In this document: one piece after another, positions 1 to 12,725 of the stretch | Layout: each line of letters opens with the position of its first letter | Numbering within the stretch: position 1 is the stretch's first letter | From: Basidiobolus meristosporus CBS 931.73 | Taxonomy: Eukaryota; Fungi; Basidiobolomycota | NCBI GenBank assembly: GCA_002104905.1 | Contig: MCFE01000182.1 | Coordinates: 62,001-126,000, forward strand | DNA length: 64,000 nucleotides | Direction of reading: 5' to 3' | The notes under the pieces: generated by a model | What the model was told of the DNA's origin: nothing | Database searches by the model: none | What the model saw: the letters and a program-made list of their open reading frames with translations, nothing else | Made by a program: the position numbers and the translations under genes

Positions 1-2650
1 AAAGTGACAATGGAGGAGAATACTGCTCAAAGGAGTTTGCAAAATACTGCTTGTCTACTGGTATACCTCAACAGACCACAGTTCCTCATACTCCACAGCA
101 AAATGGAGTAGCAGAACATGTAAATAGAACAATAGTAGAGATGGGAAGATCTATGCTACATGATAAGGCAATGGACTACAGGTTTTGGGCTGAATCTGTT
201 ACTACCGCTGTATACATCAAAAACAGATGACCAACAACAGCACTACGTGATTCTACACCTTTTGAAGCATATACAGGCAAAAAACCAGATCTCCAGCACC
301 TCAGGATCTTTGGCAGTGATGTTTTTTATCACATCCCTGACAAAAAACGCTCAAAGTTGGAACCAAAGAGTAGAAAAGGGATCTTTCTTGGGTATTGTGA
401 AGATACTAAAGGGTATAAAGTGTATGATGGCAAAATTCCGAAGCTGATCAAGAGCAGGGATGTTGTATTTGAGGAGAATTCAGATCAGAAAGCCACGGAA
501 ATCATTGGCCAGCTGCCTGATGATGCAATCAACACAAATGAAGAAGATACATACCAAATCCAGCCAGAGATGGAAGATACTTCTACCAGTTCCAGATCAG
601 AACAGATTATCCCAGTTAGGAGATCTACCAGAATAAGAAATGCCCCTGGATCCTGGTGGCAGACATCCAATGATCATGAAGAAGCTTATCTTGCCTTATG
701 TGCCAAACCTCAGAATCTGGAACAGGCAATGCAAGGTCCAGATGCTACTAAGTGGCAACAAGCCATGGAGGAGGAGTACCAATCAATGACCAAGGCAAAA
801 ACATGGGAACTGGTAGATTTACCAAATGGGAGAAAGCCAATAGGATGTAGATGGGTCTACAAGATCAAGATAACCTCAAATGGTGCCGTTGATAAGTACA
901 AGGCTAGATTGGTAGCTAAAGGCTATTCCCAGATCCAGGGACTAGACTTTAAGGAAACTTTTCCTCTGATTACAAAGTTTAACTCCATTAGGACAGTTCT
1001 GGCCCTGGCAGCTGTACAGAGTCTAGATCTACACCAAATGGACGTCAAAACAGCCTTTCTAAATGAGGATTTGCAAGAAACTATTTATATGGAGCAACCA
1101 GAAGGTTTTACCAATCCAAAAGGCCCTCACAAGGTGTGCAAACTTAGAAAATTGTTGTATGGGCTTAAGCAGGCACCCAGAGCATGGTATAACAAGATTG
1201 ACACATATATAGAGGAAATTGGGTTCTCTCGTAGCACTGCAGATCACAGTATATATGTGAAACAGCTCAAAAAGGGTGTGATCATCCTAGTTCTTTATGT
1301 GGACGACCTAATTATAGCTACAAGTGATCAAGAGGCACTTAAACAGACAAAATCAGATCTCTTCAGCAAGTTTGAGATGAAAGATCTTGGAAAATTGAGC
1401 TATTTTCTTGGAATTGAGGTCAAATTTGACATACCTACGCAGAAAACTGTGCTGAATCAGTCTAAGTACATCAGGGACATTCTTAGACGCTTCAAAATGG
1501 AAAATTGCAAACCTGCAGCAACCCCTATGGACAATAACCTGAAATTAAGCAAATCTCAGCCAGTTATAGATGAAAATGGCTCAAATATGGACCAAAACTT
1601 TCACTATCAATCAATGGTTGGTAGCCTAATGTACTTGATGGTGGCTACACGTCCAGATATTGCGGTGTCTGTTGGAATAGTCAGTCAATCCATGCAGAAT
1701 TATGGATCAGATCAAATTGCAGCAGTTAAGCAGATTTTCAGATATCTACAAGGTACCATAAATATGGTACTGGAATACTCTGGAGCAGCTAATAGGCAAA
1801 AATTTGATGGTTATAGTGATTCAGATTGGGGCAGGGATCTGATTGACAGACGCTCTACCACAGGCTATGTATTTCTTTATGCTGGTGCAGCTATTACTTG
1901 GAATTGCAAGAAACAACCAACTGTGGCACTATCTACAACTGAAGCCAAATATATGGCTGCATGTCAAGCAACTAAGGAGGCTATATGGCTACAAAAATTA
2001 TTCAAAGACTTAGGTTTTAACTCAGGTTAACCAACATGTATTTACAAGGATAATGAAAGTTGTATTTCATTAGCTAGAAATCCTACTAATCATGCTAGAA
2101 CTAAGCACATTGATATACAGCATCACTTTGTGAGGGAAGCAGTAGAAAATAACTTACCGGAGCTGGTTTACTGCCCAACTGAAAAATGGTGGCAGACATA
2201 TTGACAAAACCACTAGCTAGGCCACAGTTTGAGATTCTTAGAGAGAGATTGGGATTAAGAAATTATTTAGTTGAGGGGGAGTGTTGAAATATTGGACTAT
2301 TTGGTAGCATTCAGCAGCTAAAAATTTACTTAACAATTCTAGGCTAGTCTTAGGCACTGTAGGACTCATTTACTGCCTTAACTTTGCCACTTTCTCCAGA
2401 TATATGATCTTATGATTATTCCCCTATAGTCAGGATCAAATTAGCACTATTACCAAACATTATGTACTAACCCTGAAACTGTTACAGAATGCTCCTGAAT
2501 ATTGAGAAACCCTCCCTACTTAGTGTTACAGCTGTATTACTTCTACAAATGTATAAATACTGAGTTTCTTTATGAGTAAACAACAGTTCAACTATTATCA
2601 CTATTTCTTGATAAGTTCCTTATATCCAATTCACTTCTTAAATTGCAACA
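1..2650 (+). mobile_element. Ty1/copia retrotransposon family A, 3' part (end of integrase, RT, RNase H, PPT, 3' LTR); 5' end lies outside the window; disabled by stops and frameshifts
   Basis: Integrase remnant at 1-350 (TVPHTPQQNGVAE). ORF 357-2030 has copia RT motifs ([30 protein letters not shown]) and RNase H motifs (GYSDSDW, VALSTTEAKY). The frame continues after a premature TAA at 2028-2030 with RTKHIDI. PPT GAGGGGGAG at 2273-2281. Confidence 0.95.
2282..2650 (+). repeat. 3' LTR of copia family A (369 bp)
   Basis: Begins TGTTG directly after the PPT and ends CAACA; contains TATAAATA and AGTAAA-like signals. Confidence 0.88.
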
Positions 2651-2847
2651 GTTTCAGGGATAGTACATAATGTTTGGCAAAAGTGCTAATTTGATCCTGA
2701 CTACAGGGGAATAACCACAAGATCAGATATCTGGAGAAAGTGGCAATGTTAAGGCAGTTAGTGAGTCCTACGGTGACCAAGACTGGTCTAGAATTGCTAA
2801 GTAAATTTTAGCTGCTGAATGATACCAAATAGTCCAATATCTCAACA
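2651..2847 (-). repeat. Half LTR of copia family A in opposite orientation
   Basis: Its reverse complement (TGTTGAGATATTGGACTATTTGGTATCATTCAGCAGC...CCCTGAAAC) aligns with 2282-2479. Confidence 0.9.
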
Positions 2848-3471
2848 GAGGATTTAGTTCATACAGAGACACTCGAGCTTCCAAGACCTACTTGCAAAAC
2901 TGAGCTATCCAGTTATTAGTATTGCCATAATAGAAACGTCAGAGAACCTTTGCGGCCCTGGTATGGCCTGAATGCTCAAGTTAGAGAAGTTTTTAGTTAA
3001 ATCAATTTTTTTAGGCTTATTGTCAGATCTTTTTGAGTTATGATGATGTTGCACATTAAGAAGTGTTCTGGATCTCAGGAACTTGTCAACAGAAAATGAT
3101 ATTGTTGAACAGGCTTTTAATTATAAAGTAGCACCATACTTGTACCCTGTAGAAGTGATACAGCTATAACACTAAGTAAGGAGAGTCTCAACATTGAGAA
3201 ATATTCCTTCAAAGTTTGAGGCTTACCACATAATGTTTAGTAAATGAGCTATATTGATCTGTTCTAGAGGGGGATAATCTTAGGAATATAGATCTGAGAG
3301 AGAGTGGCAATTTTAGGACAGTAAACTGGTCCAACATTAACTAAGACTAGTCCAAAACTATTAATTAAGCTTTATATACTGTGCATTGATAAGTATCTTA
3401 ACTATTTTACCTATTCTGCTGTTTTCTTCTATATATGACTTTCCACTGTATTTACCTACCAATATGCTTAA

Positions 3472-4244
3472 TCACTTTAGATATCCAAATGTATGCTCTA
3501 CCCTCACTCTGAAATGACTAAATATCTGATTGTCAAACTTCTGCTTCCTGCTAAGCACACCATTCCTTGGCCGCCTATAAGCTGAAACACATTTTAATCT
3601 CTGACAATCCTCTCCTATATAGGCTAAATCTGCCATACATTTCTCCCCTCTACTGAATTCTGGATGATTCTCTACCCAAAGTGCTTTGTCATGCCTACTT
3701 CCAGCAAATGGCCCATTAAACCAGATGATGTTACCCACAATGTCAGACAATGCTTGAAACTTCACACAGTGTGCCTTGTACTTGCCAGAATAATAGTGCC
3801 TATACCTTCTGGAAGGTATGTTCATTCTAACTCAGAAGGTATCCAAAATACTCCTTATATGGAACCTGTTGCTGAACACTCTGGGATATGGAAGTCTATT
3901 GGAGCTTCTGAACTTAGTATTCCAAGCTTGCTCTAAGTCATTCATACCCTCTGCAGGGTAGTTCTCCATTGCTGTCAGCTGGAAATGAAAGCTTTTAGGA
4001 CTTTTGTTGCCAAGGATGGTGGGATGAAACCTTGTGGGGCAATAGCTCATATAATAGCAGAGAAACTTAACAAGGGATCTCCTTGAGCAGATTGGGGTAG
4101 ATGGTACACACTACTTTGTATAGATTGCCTCCAGTGTTTGAAAAGGAAATTCAGTAGTAGTGATAGGATTGCTGAGAAAAGACTGTTCAGATGAGTAAGC
4201 CATATTAATACTGGTAGATGACTGGCTGCAGTGATTTGAATCAA
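3472..4244 (-). mobile_element. PIF/Harbinger-type (DDE_Tnp_4) transposase remnant
   Basis: ORFs 3832-4050 and 3472-3825 are in the same frame, separated by one TGA. They contain ILDTF, YYSGKYKAHCVKFQ, FAGSRHD, ADLAYIG and RVRVEHTFGYLK, which match the DDE_Tnp_4 pattern. No terminal inverted repeats recognised. Confidence 0.8.
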
Positions 4245-4508
4245 TTTGGTGCAATCAGCTTTATTTATCAGATATTCCGTGCATTATGATTAAATCTCCA
4301 TCAATTGCCATGTATCCCATCATTATGTTGCAAAGATCATATGCCAACAATGACTTAGTATTTTTATTGATGTTTTATTCACAAGTCTGCAATCAAATAC
4401 AAAATCTGCAACTGATGTGATCTGATTTCAGTCAATACAGTCCAAGATGTATCACGCATAACATATGGAAAATTCAACAATCATATTAGTTTTCATATAT
4501 GTTTCATA

Positions 4509-7500
4509 TGTTACAAGTCTTGGTATAAGAGTTGTAGAGGAATAGGGAGTTTAGCTAGTATTGTATTCACTAAAACTTGAACTGATTTTTATTGAGGTTC
4601 CAGCAGCTCCTTATATACATTTTGCCAGATCAATTGCTGACTAATTGTATTTCCTAATGTAGGTTGTGGCTGATGACTCATTTGATTGCATCATCATCAC
4701 CCAATAAGATTCTACTTAATATATCTATTTCTGTCTGATAAGGATCTGCTGATTCATTTGCTGACTAATGCTACTGATTTCATAGATAATACTGATGTAC
4801 TGATAACCTAAACATATACTAACTGATTTGACTAAAAACTGATCTAACTTAAACATTCAAGCGGCAGATCATAACATTCTCCCCTACTAAAGTTGAGAGG
4901 GTTCTCCTGAATCTCTTTTCTTGTGATACCAATATCTTGATGGTTCAGTATTATCAGCAAGTCTTGCAAGCTTGAGTCTGTCCCTATGCACTAAGTCTTC
5001 CCGGATATTGCCTTGTTTGTCCACCAGTTGGTAAGTTGCAAATGGACATTCTCTGATGATCTTGAATGGTCCTGTCCATTGTGGCTCAAACTTCTTCCGA
5101 GTGTTGTTTCTTAGCAATACAAAGTTCCCAACTGTCAATGCTTCTGGTGCTATAGTCTTATCAAATCTCTGCTTCATCTTTTCTGCACTTTGAGATACTT
5201 TGGTCTGTGCCTCTTGACGTCTTTGTTCCAGTTGCTGGTGTCTACTTGGCTGACTGAGTTCATCTTCTAAGGTGTCTGTAAGCTTTGGTTGTGTGAGATC
5301 TCCTGGAATCCTTGGTTCACATCCATAAACTAAGTAAAATGGTGATTGCTGGGTGGTGTTGTGTACTCTGACTCTGCATGCAAAGAGTGCTTGGTCTATA
5401 TACTCATCCCATCTACTGACAACTCCATTTGCATACTTGGTCAGCATTTTTCCAAATAATCCATTAAACCGCTCAGTGACTCCATTAGTTCTGGGGTGAT
5501 ATGCCGAGGTTTTCAAGTGTCTGATCTGCTGCATTTCCAGGTAAGCCTCTAATGTCTTTGCCATAAAGTTTGCACCTCTATCGGATAAGATCTCCACAGG
5601 GCATCCAAACTTCATCAGGATCTCGTGGTAAATGAAACTTGCAACTTCTTGTTCACTGGCTATTGGTACAGCTTTAGCAACTGGCCATTTAGTGGCATGG
5701 TCAATTGCTACTAGGATCCAACGGTTGCATTTCCTGGTAGTTGGCAGTCTTCCAATAAAGTCAATTCCCCATCTCTCAAATGGTCTTACAGGCTCCAAAG
5801 GGAAGAGTTCGGCAATTCTTTGTGGCTGGCCTTGATTGATTTGGCAGTTTGGGCATGTTTTTACTAGCTTCTCAATGTCTTGTTTCATTCTGGGCCACCA
5901 TGCTCTGGCTTTTACAAGGCTATAGGTTCCTTCAATCCCAAGATGTCCATATCCATTGTGTAGCTTATGTATTAAATCCAGGCGAGCAACATAAGGACAA
6001 TAGGCAATAGGGCTTCCATCAACAATTCGGTAGAGTGTTTCATTCTGTACAACAAATTTGCTGGCCTCATCACGGATTATCTTCTTGATATCTTCATCCA
6101 CCTCATTAGGAATGGCTTGGTCCTCCAAGTACTTTGGTAATAGGCTAGGCCAATCTGATTCATGCACCAAGTTGAGTTGTGCAACTTGATCTAATCTTGA
6201 TAAGGCATCAGCAACCGTGTTGTTTTTTCCAGGACAGTAGACAATCTCCAGGTCAAATTGCTGAATGTATTCACTCCATCTTGTCATTCTTCTAGAGAGT
6301 ACCTTCTGAGTAAATATATACTTGAGGGAGGCATGATCAGTCTTCACAGTGCATTTGACTCCTTCAATATAGCATCTCCATGTCTTCAAACAGTGTATTA
6401 TAGCAAGCATCTCCTTCTCATGAACTGGATAGTTTTGTTCTGCTGAGTTCAGTTTCTTGGATTCAAAGGCAACAGGGTAGTCCTTTCCCTCGTGTTCTTG
6501 GCTCAGCACTCCACCAATTGCATAATCTGAAGCATCTGTGCACAGAGTGAACTCTTTTCTGAAGTCTGGTATTCTTAAGCTTGGCAGCTTAGCAAGTTCA
6601 TTCTTTAGTGTCTGGAAGGCAGTCTCACAAGCTATGTCCCACTTGTAGGTATTGTCTTTCTTGAGGATATCAGTTAAAGGGGCTGCAATACTTGCAAATG
6701 ACTTGACAAATCTCCGATAATAGGAAACCATTCCAAGGAAGGATCTGAGTTCTGATATGCTATGGGGCTGCTTCAAATTCTTGATTACTTCCACCTTCTT
6801 GGGGTCTAAGGTTACTCCTGTGCTAGTCACTATGTGTCCCAGATATTCTACGTGTTCCTTGAAGAATTCACACTTGGCTAGCTTGCCGTATAGCTTGTTC
6901 TCTCTTAGTTTCTTCAAGACCTTTTCAATGTGCACCATGTGATCCTTTTCTGTCTTGCTGTATATCAATATGTCATCCAGGTAGATTATCACAAACTTGT
7001 CTAAGTACTCCTGAAAGACAGTCTGCATCAGCGTCATGAATGTTGCAGGGGCATTAGTGAGGCCAAAACTCATGACTAAGTACTCGTAATGTCCATATCT
7101 GGTCCTGAATGCTGTCTTAGGGATATCTTCTGGTTTCACCCTAATCTGGTTGTATCCTGACATGAGGTCGATCTTGCTGAAAATAGTGGCTCCATTAAGT
7201 TGGTCCAAAAGCTCATCAATCCGAGGTATGGGGTACTTATTCTTGACGGTAACTGAGTTCAGGGCTCTGTAGTCAATGCACATCCTAAGTGTTCCATCCT
7301 TCTTTTTCACAAAAAGCACTGGTGCTCCCCAAGGTGACTTGCTGGGCCTGATGTATCCTTGCTCCAATAGCTGATCAATTTGTTTCTTCATTTCCTCCAA
7401 TTCCAATGGACTCATTCTGTAAGGTGTCTTGCTCACTGGAGGGCTATCTCCTGTGTCAATGGCATGATCCACATCTCTGACTGGTGGTAGGCTTACAAGC

Positions 7501-9446
7501 TCATCTAGAAACACGTCTGAATATTTCTTCAAGAGAGTCTGGACCTGCTGGGGTGCTGGGATAGAGGAATCCTCCTGTAATACCGCCATGAGGAACATCT
7601 GGGTACCTTTTCTAAGTGCTCTACAGAACTGGGTCTTGCTAAGTTCACTTGTCTCACACACACTGGAATTGACCAAGTTGAAATCCAGCCTGGCAGGTAA
7701 TAGCTCATAGGTCTTGTTGTCTTTTTGGATCTGAGTAGCATGGGTTCTCCAGTTGATTGATGGATTACGACAAAATAGCCAGGTTTTCCCAAGTACAAGG
7801 TCAAACTTGCAGTTCCCAAATATATAAGCCTGTAGGTCTTCTTCATAGTCATTGATCTTCATTCTTACTGGCTGGGTAATACGGTTGATTATGTGGGAGT
7901 TCCCATCAGCTGTGGAGACTGAAGTTGATTTGGTAGGTTCCGAGTTGATTCCAGCTTTCAAAGCAAATTGCTCTGACATGTACTCATGCGATGCTCCTGA
8001 GTCAATCATGATCTTGGCAGGTACTCCATTGATTGCTCCATTCAGGTACAATAACTTCCCTGAGTTTGAAGTCATTTGGGACAAGTACTCTTCTGTCATA
8101 TGGAAGGTGAGTTCCGAGTCTTCTTCAAGCTCATCTTCCTCATTATTGTGTTCATGGGACTCAATATGGTTGAAGGTTCTTGTTGGCTGGTGTCCATTTC
8201 TTCTCTGAGGGCAGTACTTTGCAATATGTCCCTGCTGGTGGCAATTGAAGCAAAGTCCTCTCTTCTTGCATTCTTCTGAGGAGGGATTCTTCTGCATAGC
8301 GTCTATTTCCATTGGTACTGCTTCTGATTGTCTTCTTTCATAATGATTATAGCCTTTCTGACTAGTCACTGTAGGCTTCCCAACTCCAAACATAGCTGAG
8401 TCATAGTCAATGGCAATCTTGATGGCTTCTTCAATAGTCTGAGGTCTTCGGTAATTGACTTCCTTGCGAGTTCTTTCTTTCAACCCATCAATAAAGTATT
8501 CAACTTGATCCAAGGGGTCCATTCTTTCAATTTGTCCAAGTAGACATCTGTACTCATAGATGTATTCTTGCACCATTCCTTTCTGTCTGAGTGTCTTTAA
8601 CTTCCTTCTTAGTAGTGTCTGCTGGTGTGGAGGTTCAAAAGCATCCTGAATTTCCGACACAAACTCATCCCAGGTAGAGATTGTAGAGCATCCCATCATA
8701 GTAGCTGACCTGATCTTGTTGTGGTACCATTGTAAAGCTGCATCTGCCAGGTAAGAAGCTGCATAATGCAACTTGCTCTCTGGAGCAATTCCTTTAGCTT
8801 TAAAAGCTTCTTCAATCTGAAAGAGCCAAGTTCCCAGGTTTTCATTGACTCTGCCATGGTACCGGTTGACCTTCACACTAAAGTTGCTCTTGACAGGGCT
8901 TTGCTGGCTCTGAGCCATGGTAGTCATTCCTTGTTGCTGTTGGCTGAGGATCTGGAGTAACTGTTGCTGTTGGGCCAGGATTTGCTGCATGGCATTCTTC
9001 CATTCTTGATTGTCCGACATCTTGAGGGTGGTTTCTTCTTTCTTCAGGAGGGAGGTTTCTGGTTATCGCTGCTACCAATGTTACAAGTCTTGGTATAAGA
9101 GTTGTAGAGGAATAGGGAGTTTAGCTAGTATTGTATTCACTAAAACTTGAACTGATTTTTATTGAGGTTCCAGCAGCTCCTTATATACATTTTGCCAGAT
9201 CAATTGCTGACTAATTGTATTTCCTAATGTAGGTTGTGGCTGATGACTCATTTGATTGCATCATCATCACCCAATAAGATTCTACTTAATATATCTATTT
9301 CTGTCTGATAAGGATCTGCTGATTCATTTGCTGACTAATGCTACTGATTTCATAGATAATACTGATGTACTGATAACCTAAACATATACTAACTGATTTG
9401 ACTAAAAACTGATCTAACTTAAACATTCAAGCGGCAGATCATAACA
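4509..9446 (-). mobile_element. Full-length, apparently intact Ty3/gypsy LTR retrotransposon (4938 bp)
   Basis: Two 368-bp LTRs (4509-4876 and 9079-9446), TG...CA, with no difference found by eye. PBS TGGTAGCAGCG next to the 5' LTR is initiator-tRNA-Met type. PPT AGTAGGGGAGAA lies before the 3' LTR. One uninterrupted ORF. Confidence 0.97.
4887..9020 (-). CDS. Single-ORF gag-pol polyprotein, 1377 aa (gag, CCHC knuckle, protease, RT, RNase H, integrase with GPF motif; no chromodomain)
   Basis: Motifs [45 protein letters not shown]...[22 protein letters not shown] and WTGPFKI, in gypsy order RT-RH-INT. Confidence 0.97.
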   Translation of the reverse strand: MSDNQEWKNAMQQILAQQQQLLQILSQQQQGMTTMAQSQQSPVKSNFSVKVNRYHGRVNENLGTWLFQIEEAFKAKGIAPESKLHYAASYLADAALQWYHNKIRSATMMGCSTISTWDEFVSEIQDAFEPPHQQTLLRRKLKTLRQKGMVQEYIYEYRCLLGQIERMDPLDQVEYFIDGLKERTRKEVNYRRPQTIEEAIKIAIDYDSAMFGVGKPTVTSQKGYNHYERRQSEAVPMEIDAMQKNPSSEECKKRGLCFNCHQQGHIAKYCPQRRNGHQPTRTFNHIESHEHNNEEDELEEDSELTFHMTEEYLSQMTSNSGKLLYLNGAINGVPAKIMIDSGASHEYMSEQFALKAGINSEPTKSTSVSTADGNSHIINRITQPVRMKINDYEEDLQAYIFGNCKFDLVLGKTWLFCRNPSINWRTHATQIQKDNKTYELLPARLDFNLVNSSVCETSELSKTQFCRALRKGTQMFLMAVLQEDSSIPAPQQVQTLLKKYSDVFLDELVSLPPVRDVDHAIDTGDSPPVSKTPYRMSPLELEEMKKQIDQLLEQGYIRPSKSPWGAPVLFVKKKDGTLRMCIDYRALNSVTVKNKYPIPRIDELLDQLNGATIFSKIDLMSGYNQIRVKPEDIPKTAFRTRYGHYEYLVMSFGLTNAPATFMTLMQTVFQEYLDKFVIIYLDDILIYSKTEKDHMVHIEKVLKKLRENKLYGKLAKCEFFKEHVEYLGHIVTSTGVTLDPKKVEVIKNLKQPHSISELRSFLGMVSYYRRFVKSFASIAAPLTDILKKDNTYKWDIACETAFQTLKNELAKLPSLRIPDFRKEFTLCTDASDYAIGGVLSQEHEGKDYPVAFESKKLNSAEQNYPVHEKEMLAIIHCLKTWRCYIEGVKCTVKTDHASLKYIFTQKVLSRRMTRWSEYIQQFDLEIVYCPGKNNTVADALSRLDQVAQLNLVHESDWPSLLPKYLEDQAIPNEVDEDIKKIIRDEASKFVVQNETLYRIVDGSPIAYCPYVARLDLIHKLHNGYGHLGIEGTYSLVKARAWWPRMKQDIEKLVKTCPNCQINQGQPQRIAELFPLEPVRPFERWGIDFIGRLPTTRKCNRWILVAIDHATKWPVAKAVPIASEQEVASFIYHEILMKFGCPVEILSDRGANFMAKTLEAYLEMQQIRHLKTSAYHPRTNGVTERFNGLFGKMLTKYANGVVSRWDEYIDQALFACRVRVHNTTQQSPFYLVYGCEPRIPGDLTQPKLTDTLEDELSQPSRHQQLEQRRQEAQTKVSQSAEKMKQRFDKTIAPEALTVGNFVLLRNNTRKKFEPQWTGPFKIIRECPFATYQLVDKQGNIREDLVHRDRLKLARLADNTEPSRYWYHKKRDSGEPSQL

Positions 9447-9449
9447 AAT

Positions 9450-9900
9450 GTACTTTGGGAAGAAATCATTTCTGAAGACCACATGAATAAGTATATATGC
9501 AGTTTGTCTGGTCCTTGCGCTTGTGCTGTTGCAAATGAGTAGGAATATTGATTAGATCTTTTGGGATGAACTTTTGGAACCAGACATTGTGTAATCTCCG
9601 GCCAATTCTTTCAAATTTCTCTGATGTGTCAAAGAACTCATTTAGCCTGAAATGCCCCATGTACAACTTAGTATTTGGCATAGAAATACCATGGAAGAGC
9701 AAATTCATGGATACTAATGAAAAGATTTGCTTCCACAGAGCACTTCTATCATTGGTATCTCCAGCACCTGATTAATTTCATGTTCTGGCTATTGACTGAT
9801 GGCTTGCCAGGTTTGCTGCAGTTGCAGGCTGCCTTCTAAAAGTTCTCTCTTTGGGAAGATGATGTTGTTGGTATTGATGCTTGGATGGTAATAGTGTCCC
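9450..9900 (-). mobile_element. CACTA/EnSpm transposase remnant 1
   Basis: NLLFHGISMPNTKLYMGHF resembles HLLLNHIPILMTKLYMGHF in the longer remnant at 14817-16230. Confidence 0.55.
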
Positions 9901-11294
9901 TAAGAAAAAAAATTGAGAAAAGACCAGCAAAATACCATCATAGTATCAGCTGAATTCCTAGTTTCTCAAAATTGACAGCTCTCTATATCTCTGTTCTGCA
10001 CTGATATACAGGTAGAAAAAGTACCCAGATTTTGCTCATGGCAGTATTACAGGAGGATTCCTCTACCCCAGCACCCCAGAAGGTCCAGACTCTTTTGAAG
10101 GAATTTTCAGATATGTTTCTGGATGAACTTGTATGCCAACCACCAGCCAGAGATGTGGATCATTCCATTGACACAGGAGATAGCCCTCCAGTGAGTAAGG
10201 CACCTTACAGAATGAGTCCATTGGAGTTGGAAGAGATGCAGAGACAAATAGATCAGTTGTTGAGCAAGGATATATCAGACCTAGCAAGTCACCTTGGGGA
10301 GCACCAGAACTGTTTGTGGAAAAGAAGAATGGAACACTTAGGACATGCATTGACTACCGAGCCCTCAACTCAGTTACTGGAAGAGTAAATACCTCATACC
10401 CTAGATTCATGGGCCTTTGGACAAACTCAATGGCGCTACTATATTCAGCAAGACTGACCTAGTGTCAATATACAACCAGATTAGGGTGAAGCCAGAAGAC
10501 ATCCCTTAGACAGAGTTCAGGACCAGATATGAACATTACATATACTTTGTCATGAGTTTTGGCCTTACCAATGCCCCTGCAACATTCATGACCTTCATGT
10601 AAACAGTCTTCCAGGCGTACTTAGACTGGTTTGTTGTATTCTACCTAGACAGTATATTGATATACAGCAAGATCAAAGTGGAACTCTTGGTGCATACTGA
10701 AAAGGCCTTCAAGAATTTAAGAGAGAACAAGCGGTATGGCAAGGTATCAAAGTGAGAATTCTTGAAGGAACATCTTGATTACCTGGGACACATAGTAACT
10801 AGCACAGGAGTGACCTTGGACCACAAGAAGACTGAAGTTATCAAGAATCTGAAGCACCCCGTAGCATATCAGAACTCAGATCGTTTCCTGGAAGGATTTC
10901 CTGTTATTTGGAGACATATCAAGTCCTTTGTGAGTATTTCAGCCCCTTTAACTGATATTCCCACTAAAAACAACACCTTGAGGTGGGACATAGCCTGTGA
11001 GACTGCCTTTTAGAAGCTCAAGAATGCACATGCTAAGCTGCAAAACTTAAGAAATCCAAACTTCAAAAAAGAGCTTACTCTGTGCATTGATGCTTCAGAC
11101 TTAGCAATTGGTGAGGTACTGAGCCACAAGCATGAGGGAATGGACTACCCAGTTGCTTTTGAGTCCAAAAAATTAAACTCAGCAGAACAAAGCTATCCAG
11201 TGCATGAGAAGGCAATGCTTGTCATAGTATACTGCTTGAAGACCTGGAGATGCTACATTGAAGGAGTAAAGTGATCTGTGAAGACTGATCATGC

Positions 11295-12346
11295 TGTGGT
11301 GGTGTATAAGTCCACAGGAGAGATACATCCAACCCTTTTCAAGTTTTTTGTGTTTTGTGTTCAGTGGGTACAATAACCTCTGGCAAAAGCTTGCTATGAA
11401 TACCTGGATTCTGTCTCTACACTAATGTGAAGGGTAATAAAGCCACAGGCTTGTCAAGGGAACACTATGGAGCTACAATCCCCAACTTAGTTGGCATCTT
11501 AACAAAAGTATGTGCGGGTTCAGTGTCCTTTGAGATAAAAATGTACTAAAGCCTCTAAGCTCAAAATAACTGAAAACTCCACCAGCATGGACTTGATAAG
11601 AATGCAGCTGCAATCAATAGTTACAACAACAGTAAAGTATCTTTGCCTCTAAAAGAACAAACTTGGGAAATAATATAGTGTACTAAAAGATATCCACTTG
11701 GAGAATTCCTCACAAGTGGTGCCTCCAAGGTTGGTTGGCTGTCAGCATGGTTTCCTGGGAGTGTCCTGTGGTCTGGCATGGGAAGATCTGGTAGCAGCAG
11801 GTAGCAGTAATACACTAATCAGCTAGTCTGTATATTGATAAAAGGGATGATTATTCATTGTTGACAGATTGCCTCCCTTACATACTCTTCTCACTGGCTA
11901 ATTACTAATCATAGTGTTCTGCAGGTCAAATAGAACCTTTATGACATCAGAATGAGCCAATAATGCTTTAAGTAATTGCCAGAAGGCTCTAAAAGCACAG
12001 CAAACCCAATCAATCAGGAATCATTTTCTGAAACCAGTGCAACCTAGGGATACCATATATGGTGCAAAATGGTAAGGATGTTAACATGGTTTGGTCATGT
12101 GCCCTGGGTACTGATGTGAGTACCTGCCTAGTATAGAAGCACTCCCATTAAGTAATCTTATATAAGTGAGGGATAACTGATGCAATAACATAAGCAGATG
12201 AAATAGTCAGCTGGCTTATGGGATAGCACTCATCATGTAAGACAAATGGGATAAAACCAAAATTAGGGTGGTGGAAAAATAGGGAAGTAGAAAAAATGGG
12301 AATAAGCACATCTGTCAGTGGGTGTCACTGTGACCCCACTCCAGCA
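11295..12346. mobile_element. Solo LTR-like insert, family X (~1.05 kb)
   Basis: Starts TGTGGTGGTGTATAAGTCC, as does the copy at 20309. It interrupts the gypsy [11 protein letters not shown] codons. The right end and TSD are not cleanly resolved. Confidence 0.75.
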
Positions 12347-12725
12347 CCATACTCAAGAATATATTTACTGAGAAGGTACTAAAGAGATCAATAAGTTAAT
12401 CTAGGATGAAGCTGGCATATTTGTAGTACAGAATGAAGCACTCTGCCAAATTGTTGATGGAAGCCCTATTGCCTATTGCCCTTATGTTGCTTGCCTATAT
12501 TTAATAAATGAGCTACACAATATATTGACATCTTCAAATTGGAGGAGCTTATAGCCTTGTGAAAGACAGAGCATGGTGGCCCAGAATGAAACAAGATGTT
12601 GAGGAGCTAGTGAAGACATGCCCAGATTTTCTAATCAACCAAGGACAACTGCAGAGAATAACTGAATTCTTTCTGCAGTAGCCTGTAAGACCATTTGGGA
12701 GATGGGGAAATGACTCTGTTGGAAG

